This document shows positions 1 through 11,084 of a stretch of 64,000 nucleotides of DNA, piece by piece. The stretch is taken from the NCBI GenBank assembly GCA_904063045.1, contig CAJFCJ010000009.1, positions 910,942 through 974,941 on the forward strand, read 5' to 3'. The translations under genes were made by a program, and so were the position numbers. The notes below the pieces were generated by a model, which searched no databases, was not told the DNA's origin, and saw only the letters and a list, made by a program, of their open reading frames with translations. Every line of letters starts with the position of its first letter. Within the stretch, counting starts at the first letter, position 1. The DNA is from Dimorphilus gyrociliatus. Its lineage: Eukaryota > Animalia > Annelida.

Positions 1-190
1 AATACCACATTGTTATATTTGTAAGAATGTCACAGAAATAATCATTATTTGTTCAAATTATAATTTGATAGTGTAGGTGATTGGGTTTTTTTTTAGCTTT
101 AATCAAATAAGAGAAAAAGAAAGAGAGAGAAAGAGGAAGAAAGAGAGATAAATTAATCAACTTTTTATAATTTAAAATACGTTCCAACAG

Positions 191-1957
191 GGTAACAGAT
201 CTGACAACGACCAAATTACTTTACCGATGTAGGCCTTATCTGGTTCATTTAAATCTCAGAGGGTGCGATCTAATAACAAATAAAACTTTTTGGAGTGTAA
301 GAGAATGCAGAAATTTACAAGACTTGAATTTATCCGATTGTTATGCAGTTAATGTGAGTATCATCCTTCTCTTGAATCTAATGCTTATAATCCTTAAATT
401 TTACTTCATTAAACAAACATAGGACGAATCTATGAGAGTCATTACGGAAGGTTGTAAAATATTGCTGTACCTAAATCTATCATTTACGGAAATTTCTGAC
501 GCTACTCTAAGATTATTGGGAAAGTTTGTTGATTTATTATTTTTTTAACAAACGCTATTGCAGTTTAATTCTTTTTTTCTCTTTAAAGGAACTCAATGAA
601 TCTTCAATTTTTAAGTTTGGCTTATTGCCATAATTATACGGATAAAGGTTTGTCAATGTTGTCAAAAAGTCCTGGTGCCTTAAAACTAGCTTATTTAGAT
701 ATTTCGGGTTGTATGCAAGTTTGTAATTTCTATTTTCTTTTAACCCGTTACAGTTTTACTGATAAATGTTATATTTATATATAGATAACACCCGACGGTT
801 TTCGTTATTTGGCAGATGGTTGCTCAAATCTGCAAAGTATTATCTTAAATGATATGCCTACTTTATCGGACGAATGCCTTAATTCAATTGCTTCAAAATG
901 TTCAAGAATAAGGAATTTTTCGGCATTGGGTGTTAATCAGCTAACTGACGAAGCATTTAAAGCTTTTTCACAAAAGAATAAAAGACTACAAAAGGTCAAA
1001 CTAAGCCAAAACCCAAAATTGACTGATGTAACTTTTAAACACTTGGCAAAGAACTGTACATTAGAAGTGAAATATTTATGCATAACTGATTGCTATACTT
1101 TAACGGATTCAGCTTTAAAATGGATTAGAGATTGTAAATATCTTACGGTACTAAATCTGGCAAACTGTGTTAGAATTTCCGATGCCGGTGTAAAAGCAAT
1201 AGTCGAATCTTCAGTTGGACCAAAATTAAAAGAACTAAATCTTACAAATTGCGTTAGAGTTGGAGACTTGGCTGTTATAGCTATTCATAAAAGGTGCCAA
1301 AGTTTGTCATATTTAAGTCTTTGTTACTGCGATCATATAGATCATGCTGGAATTGATTTGTTAGGCCTAATATACTCTCTAACTTCTCTTGATATTACTG
1401 GATGCCAGTGTACAGATCAGGAATTGTCAGCTTTGGGTCATAGTTCAAAGATAAGATATTTAACGTTATCTGAATGTGAACAAATAACTGATCTTGGTAT
1501 CCAAAAAGTTGCACAAATCTCAGCTTTAGAGTATTTGGACATTTCTCATTGCGATTTACTGACCGATTCGGGAATTAAGAATTTGGCCTTTTGCTGCAGA
1601 ATGCTAACAAACTTGAACATATCCGGCTGTAAAAAATTGACTGACCATTCTGTTCAGTATATATCTGGTGTATGTCATTATCTTCTGATACTAAGCTTGA
1701 ACGGACTATTGGGACTTTCGGATAAATCTCTAAAATTTATCAAAAGAGGGTGCAGGCGTTTACAAGTATTGAACATTTTCTATTGTTGTAATATGACAAA
1801 GTAAGTACAACTGTAAACTATTAAATTCATGAAGATATTCCTCGTCTCTTTACTATAATCTTTATTTATCAACAGACCAGCAGTTGCTAAAATGAAACGT
1901 TATGTGCCAACAGTTAACTTTAGCGATGAACTACCTCCTAGTACATTTTCGTATTAA
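191..1957 (+). CDS. FBXL13: F-box/LRR protein 13 (dynein regulatory complex subunit 6), 5'-partial, spliced
   Basis: Exons 191-353, 423-~521, ~589-718, 784-1800 and 1876-1957 join in frame (…LVHLNLRGCD…RNLQDLNLSDC|DESMRVITEGC…LTVLNLANCVRISDAG…PPSTFSY*). The AMN1-type LRRs match the FBXL13/DRC6 C-terminal half as recalled. The F-box exons lie upstream of the window. Confidence 0.88.
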
Positions 1958-2129
1958 AACAATCTTATTGGTTATCTAAATTCGATCTCTTTTTATCTTT
2001 TTTTTTTGTTTCTACTCATCATTTTATGCAAATTGGATGCAAAAATTTCTACAATTTTCTGTATATTTTATTAATAATATATTTGTTACTTAGTTGGTTA
2101 TTTAGTTTTTAAGTCAGAGATTATAATCC

Positions 2130-3167
2130 TTAAATAGAAGATTGTTCATTATCATCTGTGATTTCATAAGGTGGAGCATCGGGACTGCTGTAAGGAAATT
2201 TTCCAGAGAAGTAGTCCCATAGTTTCCAAACTAGTTCTGACACTATGAAATAGCCCGAATTTTCCGCGATGATCTTAAGGATAAATTCAGTATCCCTGTT
2301 TAAATAGAACATTTTAAATTGGGCTAAGTCTTCATCTTCTTTGTTGTACGAAGATAGATGCTCTCTTAAAAATTTATCGGGCCATCTACAATAATCAATT
2401 AACCATAAAATGGCATCAAATAGTAAAATAGGGATAAGAGCTACTAGCCAAATCACCAACAGGCAAGCCATGGCTCCATTCCAATGATTTGATTGAAGTA
2501 CGCAATCAGCCGAAACTTCATATTTCCCTATTTTATAGTGGCAAGAAACCAACAAAGATAAATAGGATTCTTTAGGTATTGGTAAGAAATGGGCAAATTT
2601 AAACAATAGTGTACCCCAATTCAATAAAAATGCTAAAAGGATCATTTGTCCCACAGCATTAATAAGATAAAGTAGTTTTATCAATCCATAAGTTATTGAT
2701 AAAAATCCAGAGCTGCGACCCAGGATTCTAGAACCTAAAATTTCTAACTTTCTCTGGCGAACATCCGAACTCTCTAAGGTGTTGCAGTAGTTTATTTCGT
2801 TTACAAATTGACTTAAATTTTTACCGCAAAGAGTATAAACAATTCTCCATAAAATACAAGGCAAGAAAAAGCTAATGGCCTGCAAAAGTAGTATACAAGG
2901 CAGCCATTTATGAATATTAAAGATTTTATCATGTTCATTTGAGAGTTTTCTGCTTGTTTGATAATTGTCTTTCCAAAAGCAAATGTCAGTACCAGCAGAA
3001 ATTTGAGAACTGGAAAATACGTCAGGAAATGAGCATACAATTGGATCTTGAAATCGCTGAATTAACAATACTAGAACCGAAGACAGGAGAAATAGGCAAG
3101 ACGTATATTTTCTTGACAGCTTCTCTACAATTCCATCATCCTGCTGATATAAAAAATATTCAAACAT
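2130..3167 (-). CDS. Innexin (divergent, intronless), innexin-1 of cluster
   Basis: 345-aa ORF with DDGIVEKLSRKYT (innexin DD..DRL...YT motif), four hydrophobic segments, two Cys in each extracellular loop, W-LP..LLLQA..F.LP TM2 motif and C-terminal D..FILKII.ENS motif. Confidence 0.9.
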   Translation of the reverse strand: MFEYFLYQQDDGIVEKLSRKYTSCLFLLSSVLVLLIQRFQDPIVCSFPDVFSSSQISAGTDICFWKDNYQTSRKLSNEHDKIFNIHKWLPCILLLQAISFFLPCILWRIVYTLCGKNLSQFVNEINYCNTLESSDVRQRKLEILGSRILGRSSGFLSITYGLIKLLYLINAVGQMILLAFLLNWGTLLFKFAHFLPIPKESYLSLLVSCHYKIGKYEVSADCVLQSNHWNGAMACLLVIWLVALIPILLFDAILWLIDYCRWPDKFLREHLSSYNKEDEDLAQFKMFYLNRDTEFILKIIAENSGYFIVSELVWKLWDYFSGKFPYSSPDAPPYEITDDNEQSSI

Positions 3168-3586
3168 CCTCTTTTGTGTTCTCGTCTCAGCGTTTGGTTG
3201 ACTTTTTTTTCAGAATAACAGTAAAGCAGGAAATTTAGGATTATTTTGAAATAATTTTTAAGTTTATAATTTGAATAATCAATTATATTATCTTTACACT
3301 AATAACAATAATTTTAACAATCTTCCTATATTTTACACTTTTTTCAATGATATATGCTATTTTTATATTTTTTCATTTAATTTCGTAAAAAGGATGAGTA
3401 GGTAATAAGTTGTCCTTGTTTTAAGTTGTTCTTAAATGGCGCGTTAAAATTACCGGTCCTTTATTCTTTAGAGATAACTATTATTATACAACATTATTAG
3501 TATTCTTGTTTTCTATTAATTTTTGCAAATTATTAATTTTTAGAGTCATAGATAAGTTGTAGAAACTAAATCTTTTTAATTATAGC

Positions 3587-3624
3587 AACCGGTAGAAGTT
3601 CGAAACCGATTAACTTCACCGGTT
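3587..3624. promoter_or_regulatory. Inverted repeat with two ACCGGT palindromes in the divergent innexin-1/RING-gene gap
   Basis: AACCGGTAGAAGTT-cgaaaccgatt-AACTTCACCGGTT (13-bp arms, one bulge); a third ACCGGT at 3452-3457. Confidence 0.4.
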
Positions 3625-3836
3625 AATTTTCTTGCCTAATCGCTCTCATTTAAAGTCTCATTTTTTATTTCCTCCTTAAAGGATTTACTTAGTCAAATAA
3701 TTAGTTTTCTCTTTTTGTAATAAGAGTTATAATAGTCTTTTGAGATAAAGTAACTTGTCTTAAGTATTGGCTAAGCCAGAAAAATAGATATATTTTTTGG
3801 AATACTACTCAACAAACTTTGAAATTAACCTTCAAA

Positions 3837-5336
3837 ATGGATAACTTGTCGCCAACTTCATCAGACTTTGAATTTGCTAAAAGGCTTCAAGTATAGCTTG
3901 CTTTTATTTTATCAAAATTTAATTTAAGCGCCTATTTTATGTAAAAAAAACATCAAAAAGCATGGAAAGTAGTTTCCGCCATTTTCTTTGTTGAATAAAA
4001 AAATGTATTTAATTTTTTTTAGCAAGAAGAGAACCGAATGATCTTAAATTTGGAAGAAGATTGTCACACAGATTCAACAAGCTCGGAGGAAGCAATTTAT
4101 GTTGTTGAAAATTCGGGAAAGAGTGAAGAAAAATATGGCTTAAATCTGCTAGAAAACCATATAACGGATGATGAAGATGATGTTTTGGAAGCCGCAAGAC
4201 CAAACACTTTAAACGACAGTCTGTTGGCTGAACAATTACAGGCTCATTTTAATACATCAGGGACTGGTGAATCTGACAGTTTGGAATCAGCTGTAAGATT
4301 GCAGGTAATGAATGAAAATTACTTATACTAGGGCTATGTAATGTTATTATAACATTAATTAGAATGAATTTGAGAGAGAATCAAGAACACTACGAGAAAA
4401 TGTTCAAACTGCGACGTCTGCTCCTTCAGTTGATAATGGACAATCGGCTTCAAGAGTAAGACAAAGATTCCGACAACTTTTAGTAAGTATCTTTTTAAAT
4501 ATAAAGAAATACATTAAAGAATGTTAATTCTTAGAATCCTGTTCGAAGGGGCTTTCCGATCAGAAGATCGAACGGTTTGTACAACAATGACATGTTTTCT
4601 TACTAATGTATTATCTTTTTATCAATAGCATCGTCACTAGCAAGACATAGAATACCAGAATCTTTAGATGGTCTGCTACATGGACTAAGTCGAGTTATAT
4701 CCATGCAACACTTTAATGATTTCAGCGTAAAAATAATTAAAAATCAACATTAATCAGTGAATAAAAGTTATTATTAAAGATTGTAAACTTTTCAGACAGA
4801 TCCTGTAGGTTATCTTGAAAGCAGTCAAATAGGTAGTATGTTTACTGGAAACAATTTCTCAGGCAATGATTACGAAGTAAGAAACGAAACGTACAATCGC
4901 TTATTTAAGTTTTAAAACATTTTTTCACTTATTAGTCTCTTTGGGAAATCGCCGAACAATTGGGAGAGGCAAAACACAGAGGTCTAAATAAGGAAACATT
5001 GAATACTTTGCCCACATCAACGTTCTCCAATGGTATGAATACAGACTTTTAATTTTTAAGTAAAATGTCATATGATAATTTATGCTTGTCATAGAAAAAG
5101 AAGAGACGAACACAATAAGAGGTTCATCATGTGTAGTTTGTTTGGAAACTTACGAAGCCGGAGACAAATTAAAAACCCTGCCCTGTCTTCACCAATATCA
5201 TCACGAATGTATAGACAAGTGGCTTGAAGTAATATAAACATAACAAAGCACTAGCAGTCTATTTATAAGATATATATACTTTTGACAGAGAGAACGGAAA
5301 TGTCCAGTTTGTCAACACGTTTTAGAAAATATCTAA
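3837..5336 (+). CDS. RING-H2 E3 ubiquitin ligase, RNF38/RNF44-like C-terminus, 9 exons
   Basis: Spliced frame gives NDYE|SLWEIAEQLGEAKHRGLNKETLNTLP and CVVCLETYEAGDKLKTLPCLHQYHHECIDKWLE|RERKCPVC (C3H2C3). All eight introns are GT-AG and in frame. Confidence 0.85.
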
Positions 5337-5933
5337 CATAGAGAGAACAAGGAATTAAACCTTCTGTCTTCAACATTTTCATGTTTTATTTCAAATTTTA
5401 TTTTCAATTCAGCGTTAACAAAACTTTTTAAAGCCATTTTTTTTTCATAATTTCTTAGCAACATGAAAAAAAATATACAGAAAAACTATAAAAAGTACTA
5501 AAATTAGCTAAAATTAATATTTAAATACTGGTATATTACTGTTATATGAGAAATATTGTAATATCAACAATTCTTCTAAAGATAACAGAAATTTATACGA
5601 AAGTAATCTACGATATTTTTGAGAGTGTCTCTAATTTTCTAGCTTAAGATTGCTTAGTAGACAAATTAATTTCACCACAATCTATAACAAATTGTTATTG
5701 ATGTAAATACAACTTTATATTATCGCGTTCAGCCTATTCTTGTTTAAATAACTGCAAAGTAGACGAAATAAACGAGGGTATGTTATTTTTTAACATAATA
5801 TATAATAATGAACCGTAAATTTTTAATGTACAAATTATTAAATAACATTTAAAGATAATTGATTGTCCTCTGAAAACTAAAGGAAATTTAATTTATTTTT
5901 AGGTTAAACTACACTACAATTGCGAAAATTCCG

Positions 5934-5940
5934 TATAAAA
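5934..5940 (+). promoter_or_regulatory. TATA-like box upstream of innexin A (same motif at 8338-8344 for innexin B)
   Basis: TATAAAA 40 nt before the ATG, conserved in both duplicates. An upstream ttttag acceptor is also conserved, so it could instead lie in a 5'UTR exon. Confidence 0.3.
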
Positions 5941-5979
5941 GCTCTATACATTTATAACACAACGTACTTTTTCTAAAAA

Positions 5980-7050
5980 ATGGTTGCGAGACGGTTCCAT
6001 TTCAGTGTTTTTAACTTTTCTAAAGACGATGGAATAGTTGATAAACTTTCGAGAAAATATACCGTTATTATCTTCATTTTAGCGTCTTTATTTGTTGTTT
6101 ATATTCAAGTTTCTGGAAAAGGAATTCAATGTCTTTTTCCCAGTCAATTTACGAATTCACACGAACAACATGGTCAAGCTGCATGTCTATATACAGATAG
6201 TTATTATTTCCGTTCAGACAGTGCTATACCAACAAAACATGGTAATAAAAAAACCATTAATAACTACTTTAAATGGTTTTCCCTGATACTTCTCTTACAA
6301 GCTTTCGTTTCCTACTCTCCTAGTATTGTTTGGAAATGTTTCTATAGAGTTTACGGTACAAATCTGGATCAAATTGTTAATTCTGCCGAAAATCTAGCTT
6401 ATACAGAAGAGAATGATACTCGAAAAAAGAAACTTCAAATTATATCTTCAAAAGTACTTCAAAAGAATTCTAGTCTTCTTCCAACAGTCTATGGATTTGT
6501 TAGAAAGATGTATCTTTTAAACGGGATTGGACAAATGGTACTATTTGGGATGATGTTTAATTGGGGTATCTTCAAACATAGATATCAAAAGATAGCTAAC
6601 GATTATAATCTAACGATGAATGAATATTTTCCAAGATCAATTATGTGCGATTATAGTGTAAGAACGTTGAATAGGATTCATAGCTATACATTGGAATGCA
6701 GATTAGCAATAAATGAATGGAATTTCATTATATTCCATATATTATGGGTTTGGCTTCTATTCGTATCTGTTATCACTTTTTTGGCATCTGTTCAACAGTT
6801 TTTCCGTTATATTACCAACAATGACAGATTTCTAAGGGAAAATCTCAAATCGAAACTAAGAGGAAGTTTAGATATTAGAGATTTCAAAAGATATTTATGC
6901 AGAGACGGAGAATTTATCTTGAAGATAATTTCTGAAAATTCGGAAGATGTTGTAACATCTGAGATAATATGTTACATTTGGGACAACTATACCTCTATTA
7001 TTCATGACGGTAAAGAAGGACGAAATATAGAGTTGTTACAAGGTCAATAA
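5980..7050 (+). CDS. Innexin A (intronless tandem copy 1)
   Basis: 356-aa ORF with DDGIVDKLSRKYT, EL1 C..C, YFKW..LILLLQA..SYSP, YFPRS.MC-x16-CRLAINEWN and RDGEFILKIISENS. Confidence 0.93.
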   Translation: MVARRFHFSVFNFSKDDGIVDKLSRKYTVIIFILASLFVVYIQVSGKGIQCLFPSQFTNSHEQHGQAACLYTDSYYFRSDSAIPTKHGNKKTINNYFKWFSLILLLQAFVSYSPSIVWKCFYRVYGTNLDQIVNSAENLAYTEENDTRKKKLQIISSKVLQKNSSLLPTVYGFVRKMYLLNGIGQMVLFGMMFNWGIFKHRYQKIANDYNLTMNEYFPRSIMCDYSVRTLNRIHSYTLECRLAINEWNFIIFHILWVWLLFVSVITFLASVQQFFRYITNNDRFLRENLKSKLRGSLDIRDFKRYLCRDGEFILKIISENSEDVVTSEIICYIWDNYTSIIHDGKEGRNIELLQGQ

Positions 7051-7219
7051 AGCTGACTACTGTTAAAATGTTTGACTAGTTAGTCAACAATATAGAATTT
7101 GAGTTTGTATTAATAAGAAAAGGTAATTAAATGATAGCGAAGCAAATCAATTTTTAGTATAATAATAAGAATTTCTTGCTTTTTATTGTTATTAATCTTT
7201 AATATAAACTCTTCTCTTC

Positions 7220-8200
7220 TCTTCTCAATACATAATCCCCATAATGCTCATCACCTAATTTCTTTTTGTCTACCTGAAAATTTTGAAACCACCATTTTCC
7301 ACTATAATGATATCATCTTTTTGAAATCGCCTAAACCATCTAAATACTTTTTAAGGGGCTCAAACAACTTTCAAAATGTTTGATTCCAAGTCATGACTAT
7401 CGATGAGATATACTACTATCTCATACCTTAAATCATCAGCTGGTATATATCTCTCCAATAACCCTTTGAAACATGTTCTTTATTTCAATATCATGTCAAA
7501 TGTTAAGGTCTAATTCATCCAAATTTGCCTAGATTTCTGCTTTAACTAAAAAAGTTTATCACAATGTTTTTTGATAAAATCGATGTCGATATCAAATATC
7601 TGACGAAGTTGCTCCAAACTAATTCTTCAATATTCTGCAATTCCCTCATATACTGTCTCGATCAAATCAGGGGTCACTATAAAGAGTACAGATCAAGGTC
7701 TCTTTTTTGTCATGGACTACTGCTTCTCCACCCATAAACAGTCTAATCCATTTTTTAAATTTAATAATGGAACTGTCTCGTTTTCATTTCATTGTCCTTT
7801 GCTATTTTGATCATTTAATGATTCGCTACCAATGACGCAAACAGTAGAATAGATTCCCCCATTAGACAAACAGTTAATGATTAACACAATTTACCTATCG
7901 AGAATAGTCTTCTTCAATTGTATATTTCTTATAGCATTTAGTGTGTACTTGTTAGTTTATCACTTGAATAAATACAATATACTGTCCTGTAGTCCCTTTA
8001 GATAATTTATACAAGGAAAAATAGAAGATTGACCAATAGGATATCTCCTTCCCATATATAGTAACCATAATAATTCATTACCCTTTTCTGATAAATATAC
8101 TGCCAAATACATAATGTTGGAAATTTACGTTCAAAAGACAGAAATAAACAAAACCAGACTCTCCATTTATTAGATCATTTTTCATTAAATTGGAACTTTG
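7220..8200 (-). pseudogene. Possible decayed coding/TE-derived insert between the innexin duplicates
   Basis: Not present in the duplicated unit. The minus strand gives protein-like stretches interrupted by stops (e.g. 7780-7667 RDSSIIKFKKWIRLFMGGEAVVHDKKETLICTLYSDP*). No family recognised. Confidence 0.2.
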
Positions 8201-8383
8201 TAACACCAATTTTAAGATAATGTTCGATAATATGCTATAATATTTTTAATGTTTAAAAAAACTGTTACAAATTATTAAATAACGTTTAAAGATAATCTAC
8301 TTTTAGGCTAAAGTGGACAACTATTGCGAAATTTCCGTATAAAAGCTCTATACATTTATAACACAACGTACTTTTTCTAAAAA

Positions 8384-9457
8384 ATGGTTGCGAGACGGTT
8401 CCATTTCAGTATTTTCAACTTTTCTAAAGACGATGGAATAGTTGATAAACTTTCGAGAAAATATACCGTTATTATCTTCATTTTAGCATCATTATTTGTT
8501 GTTTATATTCAAGTTTCTGGAAAAGGAATTCAATGTCGTTTTCCCAGTCAATTTACGAATTCACACGAACAACATGGTCAAGCTGCATGTCTATATACAG
8601 ATAGTTATTATTTCCGTTCAGACAGTGCTATACCAACAAAACATGGTAATAAAAAAACCATTAATAACTACTTTAAATGGTTTTCCCTGATACTTCTCTT
8701 ACAAGCTTTCGTTTCCTACTCTCCTAGTATTGTTTGGAAATGTTTCTATAGAGTTTACGGTACAAATCTAGATCAAATTGTTAATTCTGCCGAAAATCTA
8801 GCTTATACAGAAGAGAATGATACTCGAAAAAAGAAACTTCAAATTATATCTTCAAAAGTACTTCAAAAGAATTCTAGTCTTCTTCCAACAGTCTATGGAT
8901 TTGTTAGAAAGATGTATCTTTTAAACGGGATTGGACAAATGGTACTATTTGGGATGATGTTTAATTGGGGTATCTTCAAACATAGATATCAAAAGATAGC
9001 TAACGATTATAATCTAACGATGAATGAATATTTTCCAAGATCAATTACGTGCGAATACAATGTAAGAATGTTGAGTAGGATTCATAGGCATATATTGGAA
9101 TGCAGATTAGCAATAAATGAATGGAATTTCATTATATTCCATATATTATGGGTTTGGCTACTTTTTGTATCTGTTATCACTTTTTTGGCATCTGTTCAAC
9201 AATTTTTCCGTTATATTACCAACAATGACAGATTTCTAAGGGAAAATCTCAAATCGAAACTAAGAGGAAGTTTAGATATTAGAGATTTCAAAAGATATTT
9301 ATGCAGAGACGGAGAATTTATCTTGAAGATAATTTCTGAAAATTCGGAAGATGTTGTAACATCTGAGATAATATGTCAGATTTGGGACAACTACGCTTCT
9401 ATTAAAGAAGTTGAGAAAGATTTTAGTGCAGAGTTAATACAGGGACAATATGCTTGA
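8384..9457 (+). CDS. Innexin B (intronless tandem copy 2)
   Basis: 357-aa ORF at a fixed offset of 2404 nt from copy A. Near-identical to A except the EL2 hairpin and C-tail. Confidence 0.93.
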   Translation: MVARRFHFSIFNFSKDDGIVDKLSRKYTVIIFILASLFVVYIQVSGKGIQCRFPSQFTNSHEQHGQAACLYTDSYYFRSDSAIPTKHGNKKTINNYFKWFSLILLLQAFVSYSPSIVWKCFYRVYGTNLDQIVNSAENLAYTEENDTRKKKLQIISSKVLQKNSSLLPTVYGFVRKMYLLNGIGQMVLFGMMFNWGIFKHRYQKIANDYNLTMNEYFPRSITCEYNVRMLSRIHRHILECRLAINEWNFIIFHILWVWLLFVSVITFLASVQQFFRYITNNDRFLRENLKSKLRGSLDIRDFKRYLCRDGEFILKIISENSEDVVTSEIICQIWDNYASIKEVEKDFSAELIQGQYA

Positions 9458-9500
9458 TATGATAGATATCAGCAAATTAATGAATAACAGATATAAGATA

Positions 9501-9751
9501 TTAGGATCAATCTGAAAAGGCTATCCACTTTGTGTCTTACAGCTAAAAAAAGAAAAAAATTACATAATCTATTTATTCATATATATTTATTAATGTCTTA
9601 GGTATGTCTATATAGCTTCAAGTTGCCCATTATTGTCAATGCATGTTTGCAACCTGGCGGGAAGCATATCATTTCCTTTGGCGAAGTATAAGGGCGGTTT
9701 GGACCTGAAAAAAGCCTTTACTGCCTTTTTTAATTCATCATCATTCTCATA
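9501..9751 (-). mobile_element. Mariner (Tc1/mariner) transposon 3' end remnant
   Basis: Minus strand 9748-9608 reads ENDDELKKAVKAFFRSKPPLYFAKGNDMLPARLQTCIDNNGQLEAI*, matching the mariner transposase C-terminal pattern (DEVK.AV..FF.SK…FY..GI..LP.RW..C….G). About 110 nt further lies a TA dinucleotide (9499-9500) followed by TTAGG…, the typical start of a mariner TIR. Confidence 0.8.
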
Positions 9752-10089
9752 TTAACTCATAAACTCATATTCTCATCGTAACTTTTTTAGATTGATCATA
9801 ATACATATACCTATTTGTAGAGATATCTCAATATTTCATTGTCCATCAGTAGATTAGTTAGAATGAAATGAATTATATGTCTCTTTGTTTATAAATAATT
9901 AATGATTTATTGAAAAGTGAGTTAGTTTGAGATAAACGACAATTAACAAAGATCATTAGATCATTCGGTCTTAGTTGTATTATTTTATTGTCAAAGTCAT
10001 TTTTCATAAATGTACCGAACTTCATAGTACAATTTTACTGGCTCTACAATAGCATAAAGAACACTTGTTACAATTATGGAAATTAAGAG

Positions 10090-11043
10090 TTATATATTTT
10101 TGGCTAAAATTTTAGCTCCAGGAAACTTTTCTTTTTTAAGATTATTTTTTACAGGATTGAGGGCCTCTTTAACAAATTCCTTAATGTTGGCATCCTCTTG
10201 CTCTAACAATGCAAGCAAAACAAAACAACCTCTATTACAAAGACTCCATGATTGTAATTTCTTTTCTTTAGCCTCATCCACCAAAACTTTAGCAAAGCCC
10301 GGTTCTTTTAACACAAGTCGTTTTAAAGTCCAATGGCCAACAGGGTCCGAAATGACATGATTCTCTTCTAAACCAAACTTCTTGCAAGCAACACCTGCCA
10401 AAGCTTTGAATACGGCTTTTTTATCAAATTCACCATGGAAGAGTAGAGCTTGCAGTATTGTGTTTTCCAAGTTGTGTGTTATCACTTTTTCAGCATTTTC
10501 TTTAACGTATTCAATTAACTGTGGCTCTACTGCTGCCCGTAACTCGCTTCTTCTCTTATCCATATCTTTCTTACTAAAGGGATTGCCATCACCCTTTTCA
10601 AGAATTTTAGAGACTGCAGGATGAAAATATTTCTTGTCGCGAGCGGCCATCAAATACAATACGACTTGTTTGCCATGGGCATCCGAAACAATTTCGCTTA
10701 AACAACTGAACAATTCCGATAAGATAGCTTTTTCGATCATTTTTGTATCGTCAACCGCATCAAAGAGTGCGCATAGGACCAAATGTCCATGTTCTTCTAA
10801 ACATATCTTTTTAACGTACGTTTTAAAACTTTTAATGATAGCCTTTCTGTCTTTAGCCGAAGAATACCAGATAACATTCATTGCAACTCTGGAGCCATCT
10901 CTAGTATGTAGGATTCTAGCAATTTGCTCTCGTAGATTTTCACCCATTTCTGTCTTTTGCTGATCATCCGCAAATTCCATATATTCGGATAATAGACGAT
11001 GAACAATCGAATGCTCCAAAAGGGATCTATGAGTATTAAAGTA

Positions 11044-11084
<41 letters not shown>

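Noticed and set aside
3595-3610. GTTCGAA T-loop-like motifs here and elsewhere (tRNA candidates)
   Set aside because: No T-stem pairing, acceptor stem or anticodon arm could be built.
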